DNA of 61,483 nt, the filler included, from Bipalium vagum (taxonomy: Eukaryota): assembly GCA_037834085.1 (NCBI GenBank). It is 3 parts of 3 records of this genome, joined end to end, with 100 filler letters (N's around TTAATTAATTAA, not from the genome) between each part and the next. Parts side by side here need not be neighbours in the genome. Positions count along the whole stretch, not along the records: positions 39,032 to 61,483 come from JBBMKC010219909.1; 2 more parts are not named here. One strand, 5' to 3'. The notes beneath the pieces are model-generated. The model searched no databases, was not told the DNA's origin, and saw only the letters and a program-made list of their open reading frames with translations. Shown here piece after piece: positions 53,284 to 61,483 of the stretch. Numbering within the stretch: position 1 is the first letter of the stretch; every line of letters begins with the position of its first letter. The position numbers and the translations under genes were made by a program.

Positions 53284-54964
53284 TTCTACAAATTTAATGT
53301 TTGTTATAATTTAATATTTTTGTTATCACATTTAATTTTACTCAATTTTAGTCTTTTTTTTCCTCATATGATCAAAATGGACATCGGTGTTTTAACTATT
53401 TCATCTTATTATTAGTAATATTTCAATTTTAATAATTATTAATTTTCTATTTTAATTTTATTATGTATTTTTCATTTTAATATTGGAATAAAATTAACAT
53501 TAGTTAAATTTCGAAACGTTCTGACTAAAGAAATAAATATATAAAAATTATGAATTTATTATAAATTATAAATAAATATTATACTTCTAAAACTTTATAA
53601 AATTTTTCTATGAATTTTTGTATACATTGCTTATTAAAATCATTTATTTTTATTATATTTTAATTGTAGCATTAATTATTTGACATTTTATAATTACATT
53701 ATTAACAAATATTATTTTTTAAAAAAAATTGTGTTTTTATTTTCAGTTCACAGATATATATTTTAAAAAAGCAACACTCTTATTTTATATCATTGGACTT
53801 ATTCCATTTTCTTTGTTTTAAACAATGCTAATATTCAATACCATAGTAAAGAAAAAAAATTGAGAATTAAGAATTTCAGAGTTATTAAATGTTTTGTTTT
53901 AATTTTGTTTCTTTCTAACGTACTTGTATTTTATTTTTTAAAAATTAAAATAAAGTATTCATTTTAAATAATAATATTTTGTTTAAATATTAATAAAATA
54001 ATAATTTAACAAGAAATTTAATCATATAAAATAATTCAGATATAACGAACTGTACAAACAAATGTTATGAAATAAAACTCCTTAAAAATCGATTATTTTA
54101 TTTGATTAAATAATATAAAAATAATGTTACAAGTATAAATATTTATGACTGTCTTGAGTAATTGATTTAATTAGATTTAATTAAATTTTAATTAGACAAA
54201 ATGTAATTAGATTTAGTTATTATTATATATGATGTAAACATGGTAGTGAAATTTATTGAACCTCCTATTTCTACATAAGTTACGGTACCATCAATAAAAT
54301 ATCAATTTTATTTATAATGTGAAACAGTAACAATATTAAATTTTTATTTTCAAATAAATTTATTTATAAAAACATTAGGTGTCTTAATTCATAAAAAATG
54401 TTTTCCGAAAATTTATTTTTATTTAATCTTTATTTTATAATATTTTAATCGATATTAAATATAAATTGATCAATGGCTTTCCTATGATTTTTTATTTTTG
54501 TAATTAAAATAAATAAATAAAATAATACGAATATAATTAAATATTAATAATATTTTATCTCAACAATTAATTAACATCCATCTTAACATTGTTTGGTTAT
54601 TTTGTAAAACAAAAATATTATTTGATTGATAATTTTTAATTAATTTTAATGAATTGATTTATGTAAATGTGAATATTACATATGAATATTACAAATAATC
54701 ATTATCGCTTAAATTCTTCATTTCAAAATTTATTATTACATGAAAAAGATTATTAATTAATTTCTCAATTAGATTAAATTTTAAAAAAAATTATTATTCA
54801 TTAATAATTTTTAAATTTATGATAAAATTGATAATAATAATAATATTAATCATAATAATTATTTTATAAAATATATAATTGTAATAAACTTTTAATAATA
54901 AATTAAGTTAATATAATAATCAACAGAGAATTTTAAAATTAGTGTAAACTTTTAAATTTTAATA

Positions 54965-55120
54965 NNNNNNNNNNNNNNNNNNNNNNNNNNNNNNNNNNNN
55001 NNNNNNNNNNNNNNNNNNNNNNNNNNNNNNNNNNNNNNNNNNNNNNNNNNNNNNNNNNNNNNNNNNNNNNNNNNNNNNNNNNNNNNNNNNNNNNNNNNNN
55101 NNNNNNNNNNNNNNNNNNNN
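54965..55120. other. Assembly gap (156 N)
   Basis: Run of N. Confidence 0.99.
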
Positions 55121-55559
55121 CTTTTATTATAATCATTTATGTTATTATTATTGAAAAGAAATGTCATTATTAATTTTTTCGAAATTTCTTATAATTTTAT
55201 AATGCGTATTCTATCATTTTTTTTACTTTAATGAACTTCAAGTATAATTTATCTAATGTATTTTTCGAGCATGAAGCAGAAATAAAAGCAGGAAATGAAA
55301 GAAAAGTAGTGAAGTAAAATCGAAAAATATTATTTGAAAACATAAAATAGAACAGTAATAAAACAAATAATACCAAAATGTTGAGCTCAATAGAAATTAT
55401 TTATTTTTATCTGTAACCTATTTTTTTAATTATTATGGATATTCATATGCATAAATATATATTTTATATATTTATATATATATAAGTATATGAAAAAGAA
55501 TTATTTTTCATTGCAATAACTTTTCTCCAATTATACCAGCTCAATTTTTAGTGATGAAA

Positions 55560-55900
55560 TTGAAAAATTATCATTCTCCATTACTCCGGAGCAGAAGAAA
55601 ATTTCTCGTCATTGATGAATCAAACCGAGCGAGGCGCAAAGGTGGCGAAGTCTGTCATCTTCAGCTCGCAAATGAGATATGACTGGCGGCTAAAATTTTC
55701 ACTCATTTATTATACGAAAAATTGAGGATTATCAAGCTTTATAATACGGTTCGCAAAGCGAACTGGGCCTCCCACTGCCATGTCGACAAGGCTGTAATTA
55801 AAGAATCAAAGAACTAGATTTTTTTTTTCGCAATGAATTAGAACAAAATTTTATGGTGTTCCTTTTTACAGATCAGTGAAAAAGATATTTGTTGAATTAA
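55560..55900 (+). mobile_element. Possible LINE APE endonuclease relic
   Basis: SNRARRKGGEVCHL..EI*LAAKI..KLRIIKLY resembles DR..GGGV..E.L..I..I..YRPP. Confidence 0.45.
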
Positions 55901-57039
55901 GTATTCCTAAGACTTTTGCAATAATTCCCCATGTTTTACTACTAAAATAGTTTCAGTTGTTCGATCGTTGTTGAAATTGATACTGCTGAGTTGGAAATAT
56001 GATCCGCAATTGTTCCAATGTCAGTCTGAATCTTGTTGAAAAATATATAATATAAACATAAAATTTAAACATTACATATAAATATATGGAAATAAAACGC
56101 CCTAGTAATAAAATTGAATGGATTTTTCAACTATGTATTTAGGTAGCATGAAATATCAAATAACATAAAAATTATAAATAATAATAATAATTATTATTAT
56201 TAGTATATCTTTTTGATAAAAAATACAAATACGTATAAAAATAAATACAAAGTTAATTTGATATTGTGGCACCAGCTATTTGATGTCAACTTTGTACGTA
56301 TCTATCTGAATATGCATTTGTAGTTTTTTTAATTAAAAATATACTAATAATAATTATTATTATTATTATTTATAATTTTTCATTCGTTGGATTTATTATA
56401 TCTAATTTCAAAGAAATATTGTGGTAGTATAATAAAACAAAATTATATTATTACAAAAAAAGTATAATTAAGTGGGATATTTTTGTGTATTTTAAAATTC
56501 TTTCATTTAAAATATTTTATTTGTACACGCTTTTGAAAGTTTTCAATTTCTTTTTGACTTCAAATTCCATAATATGAAACGAGGCCATAGGTTCATATCA
56601 GAAGAGCAAGACGGTTGTTGAACACTCTTCATTGTATTCTTCTAGAAAAAATTAGTAAATTTGGCTATACAAGAGTGGAGTTGTCCTGTGTAATGGTGAG
56701 GTTTTTATGCTGAAGTTTGTCCTTCAAGTTATCTGATTCAAACAAAATATGACGAAATTGCAGTTTTATAAAGTTTTGATTATATATATAAAATATATTT
56801 CATAATATAAAAAATATTTGGCACAAGAAATAAATGCGTTATTGAAAACGCTGTTAACTGGGTCTTTGCATATTTGAAATATTTAATATAAAAAGTGTGA
56901 ATATACCATACTGGAGTTGAGCTGACTTCAATTTGACATTACATTTAAAGTTTGCACAATACGAGATTAAAACACTGTTATATTGTTTTGTTTAAGTTAG
57001 GCTAGGCGATCAAAGGAATATGAGAGTGATAACAGGAAA

Positions 57040-57470
57040 TTAAATGAACAGAATTCATATTACCATAATGGTTAAGTGAGAATAATGACAGCCTTTTCAG
57101 AGTTTTCTCTATTTCGCCTCTCAATTGAATCTTTTCAAGCTGTTCCGTCTTTTCACTGTATAAAAAGAAATCTAAAAAGAAGAAACTTTGTAAAATTGAC
57201 ATTTTAATATAACCGGAACAAACAGTGCCAGCGAGAACTGATTGAGTTATATGATAGAAAACGGAAAAATATTTAGAAAACAACACTCCAGAGTTAAAAT
57301 TTGACATAATGTAACCATTAGGTGGTTAACAAGCTTGAGAATTTCAGAAGATGATGTTCATTTAACGCAGAGGAAAAAATCACTGGATTTGAGAGCAGTG
57401 AGTTGAATGTGAAATGAAGTCGAACTGAAGGCAAATTTGATCAACAGTGTCAACCTTATCATTGATGGCA
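57040..57470 (+). mobile_element. hAT transposase relic
   Basis: IT(D)NG, YFASQLNL (CxAHxLNL), NVTIRW (DVxTRW), *NEVELKANL in order. Confidence 0.55.
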
Positions 57471-57639
57471 ATGGTGTATATTTTCTATTCTTATGTATCT
57501 GATCACAAAAAATTTCTAAGATGTATAGCTTCAATCGGTCTATATTATGAATAAAAGGCTTCTTCAGCAGTCTGTTCAATAGAAAACATACATATAAAAC
57601 CTTTAAATATCAGTCAGTGTTGCACTTTTCCTTAGATTT

Positions 57640-58038
57640 CATAACTCGTAATCTGGTGTAGCCATTTGAAGTAAAACCTCCCAGAAAATAACACTGGAAG
57701 GACGCTTAACTGTAAGGGGAAAGATATATTTTCTTTGATTGGCGAATGTCCAAATATCGCTACACGATGGTACACAAAGTTAAAGGGTGAAAGATTGAAT
57801 TACGATAAAAGAATGGAATGTGCTAGACTTTCTTCAACAAACCCCAGATTTAAATATAATAGAAATCTATGGTTTCGATTGAAAAGACTGTTTAAGAAGT
57901 CCTTTGTGCATAATGTAGTCCGATTGAAGCCAACGTTATGCTATCAGATTCTAAAACAGCGGTTATCTAATCTAGCCCATTTCATGCCAGAAGACTTGCA
58001 GAAGTTATCGAGGCTAAAGGAGATTTCATCAAATTTTA
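57640..58038 (+). mobile_element. Tc1 (DD34E) transposase C-terminal relic
   Basis: NVLDFLQQTPDLNIIE-NLWFRLKR; MP-RLAEVIEAKGDFIKF*. Confidence 0.9.
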
Positions 58039-59175
58039 AAAAAGAATTTGTTTTCATGTTTATTCTTTTGTAATTGGATCTCTATGTTGAAAATAAGAAA
58101 TTTGTTTGCCCTAATACATTTTTTAACTTCATAATTTTTTGTTCACGATATCAGCTAGCGTACTATATTTTAGCTTGATGTTGGTATGTGTATTTTATTT
58201 AATTTTTGTTAAACTGGTGAAATGACCATTAAATTGGAAATGAAGACTTCGAGCTGATGAAAGATTAGATTTAAAAGTGGGATTTGTTTCAATCATTAAC
58301 TTTTTTAATATTTGAGAAAATAAAAAGAACGTAACAATACTTTTCAATGCACTGATGATTACAGCTTTAATTTCTTTTAAAAACATAAAATAAAATTGAA
58401 AAGATAATAAAAAATACTTTTTTGACATGTTCCCAACCGTTTTTAATAAATCGAAATATTAAAAACCCATAATTTTTACGTGCAAATATCTCTAAATACG
58501 ATTTGCGAACCGATGAGAATTTATGGAATATTCTAAGTATGGGAAAAATCCAAATTTCGATACAGAAATTATATTTATTAAATTTTAGATAATAATAATA
58601 ATAACGGGTTAAATAATTTTAATCTCTTTAATTATTAAAGTGTCTGGAAATTATCTCTTCTACAGACCATTTTGTGAATTCTGTATTTCATATAAATTTT
58701 AAAAATATTTACATAATATTATAATTTTTAAAATAATAGAATAAATCATATTAACAACTAAAAAGATTTTTCCTCGCTGTATCGCAGATCCTTAAGAAGG
58801 CTGTCAAGTTATTCCTAGACTTTTGCATGTCTTTAAAAGGAATTGACTTTAATATTTTTCTAGCAAGCCTCTTTGTAATTTTTATATTTCATTTTGTAAC
58901 GTAATTTTTTTCAACTATATCGATTACACATTTTTAAAATTTCGATTTATTTCAGTAGTCTAAAATTAAATAGATCCAAAATTGATGAAATTTAATTTAA
59001 CTGTCACATTTATAATTTTTTTAATGATTTCAGATTTATTAATTATTTTTAATTTTTAATTGTAACTCTAATACATCTGGAAATTATTCATATGAAAAAA
59101 TAACAAAAGACTTATGAGTGTCATAGATATTTTTTTGTTTTTAATTTTTTATTTATATATTTCTTCACTATTTAG

Positions 59176-60066
59176 TGTATCAAATTTAGACCTGACTCCA
59201 ACTCTTAGGTGGTGCAAGTAATAACAATCAGTAAAGCAACAAATGTATTTATATCACACAATCACAAAAATACAGAAAGATAACCAAAAGTCTGGGATCA
59301 CAGTTAATGTCTGAAATGTTTCAAAACCTTCCACTATCTTATCAAAACACAATACAACCCAATAACAATCATTATGAAGAATGAATTAAATGAAATGTCT
59401 CAGCAATAATGCCTAATCTAATAAAATCATTTATAATCAAAGTTTAATTAAAACAAAATATTACTTGTACACTAAATTAATAATTACTTTTACAAAAAGT
59501 AAATAAAGTTAAAAGAAAATAGAAAGTTCTTACATTTATCTTCTGCTATAACTCCCGAGTTATCGTCTGAGCCCTAACGGTTGCTCACCGGTAACCCGGT
59601 GGTGGGGAATTTTAAGCATAGTCCAATAAAAATCTGAATATACTTGAATATTAACGGCCAAAATCTTGGTCTTCTCCAACGAATACCTCTATCTTCTCGA
59701 ACAAAAATATCTTCCTCGAACAAAATTCGTTATCTTCTCGATCAATTATCTTTGTCTTCTTTAACAAAAACCTTTAAATTATTTTGTACGTTCTCTGAGG
59801 GATGAAAATATGCTAGAATCCCTCTGCTTATATACTTTTTAGAATTGATCTTCATCTGGAGATTATTCTTGAAATAATCTCGAAATCATACTTAAAATTC
59901 TAAAATTCCCTGAAAATTATTTTCTGATGATCATTAATATTTACTAAATACCTCTTTTGGACTTCTTTAAAAATAAAAATACTTTTGGAGGGTTTTTTTA
60001 TTCTCTAAGTATTTTCAAAGTAAAAATATCTGGGAATTGTATAAAATGATTAAATTTATCGTTACA
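59176..60066 (-). mobile_element. Probable solo LTR (~890 bp)
   Basis: Minus strand starts TGTAACG (60066), has GTATATAAG (~59830), three ~19-22 nt tatcttctcgaacaaaa repeats and a GTAAG donor-like site; 3' end uncertain, no TSD. Confidence 0.55.
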
Positions 60067-61483
60067 GAATAAAATATTGAAAAATATTTGGTAACATTTT
60101 GATTATTGAAGATTTTCGTAATAAAATTCTTAATAAATGAAATAGTTTTAAAACTTTGATTGTTTCTAAAGATTAAAAATATCACTTAAAACAAATGATA
60201 AATAGAGAGTTAAAGGAACACAGTTCTAAAAGATTATTAAGATTATAATTAATATATTAGTTGAGTATTTATATTTTAACAAAATCTTTTATTTGCAATG
60301 GAATTTTTACTCATTTGTTGATTGATATAATTATTAAAGTGATCCGTAAAATTGCAGAACTTATGACGCCAAAATGATATTGAAAGTAAAAATTAAAATA
60401 TTTAAATAAGTTCATCAAATACGATTTCTACTATTCACGTTTTCCAACCATTTCTCAGGAAACCAGAAGTCTCTTTTGATACCATCCCGTGTCCTTTATT
60501 GAAATGATCTTGTTATACTATTTTAATAGAAAAATAGGAAAACATGTCAGTGTCTTAGAATCGACCTTTTATTATATAATAATATTATTGCCTTGTTTGT
60601 GTATTGTGAGGAAAATATGCTTAGATTTGTAGAATCCCAACTGAGACTATTATTGTGTTACACAGGTTTTGTGAGATAAGATTATGAAAAGCGACAACAA
60701 AAAATTATGATAATTCAAGGATATATTACAAGGTACATTACAACTTAAGAGTCGGGATTCAAGAATATAGATAGAACCCCACCCCTATTTCTGATCAAAA
60801 CGTTGCCACGAAAGATTGTTAAATAAGTCATAATAATAATGTAAGAAAAATGAAATAAAATAATATTATAAAAGGAAACAATAATTATTTAATGAACTTA
60901 TTTGGTAATTTAACGAACTCTTGTTTTAATTTTTGAATTCGGCATTTTTAATGCTCAATAGGGGTTGTACCACACCCTTATTCGTGAGAGTCTCAAGTAT
61001 GTTGCATGATGGTGAGCAAGGCCATGAAATATTAACCAATTTTCTCAAAAGTTGAGAGGAAAACAAAATATTGAGAAATATTCTTCTTACCAAGTTAAAA
61101 AATTATATTATTTACGCAGATGAAAAGATTAATTAATAAAAATAATTGATCAAAATTATTACAGAATATTGAATTTTCTCTTCCCCTAAATTGTCTAATT
61201 TCGATAATTTTCAATAATTAGACAATTTTATTCAGGATTACATTTTGAGGCTTCGAAATATATATCATATAATATAATATAATATAAAATATTTAAACCA
61301 GAAAAAAGAATTGTAAAATTCTCAAAATTAATTAAAATTTTAATTCCCATCGAAATCAAAAGTTTGTGAGGGCGGCTGTAAAAAATTTAGCGCTTTTTAT
61401 TAAAGAAAATAATTTTATACTTTTAAAGAGTTCTTAAAAAGAGTATAATAATTCATATAATTCAAATAATAATAATTATTCAT

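Noticed and set aside
54939-55167. ORFs spanning the N gap
   Set aside because: Artefacts of translating N

Overview
Very AT-rich eukaryotic scaffold window with no intact host gene detected; the relic mix (mariners of several subfamilies, CR1/L2-like LINEs, a parvovirus-like relic) fits an invertebrate animal or a similar AT-rich parasite best, but the organism cannot be named from the sequence. It is essentially a transposon graveyard. Decayed, frameshifted and internally deleted relics include many mariners, Tc1 DD34E, IS630-like DD34E, ITmD37E, maT DD37D, a DD39D-like element, pogo/Tigger, Merlin, hAT, piggyBac, gypsy pol, LINE ORF2 and several probable solo LTRs. There are also two tRNA-Ala-derived repeats, micro/minisatellites and four assembly gaps, two carrying an artificial TTAATTAATTAA linker. 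Most ORFs in the supplied track are antisense or out-of-frame by-products. The most notable items are: a decayed parvovirus NS1 SF3 helicase resembling brevi/penstyl-densoviruses (about 47.3-47.8 kb, minus strand); an ARF-like GTPase pseudogene next to it; a 28-36 nt GT-AG intron candidate shared by two copies of an IS630-like transposase; an open in-frame internally deleted pogo ORF; and recurrent hairpins upstream of the TATA boxes of unrelated LTRs. All calls come from manual translation and remembered motifs, and relic boundaries are approximate.
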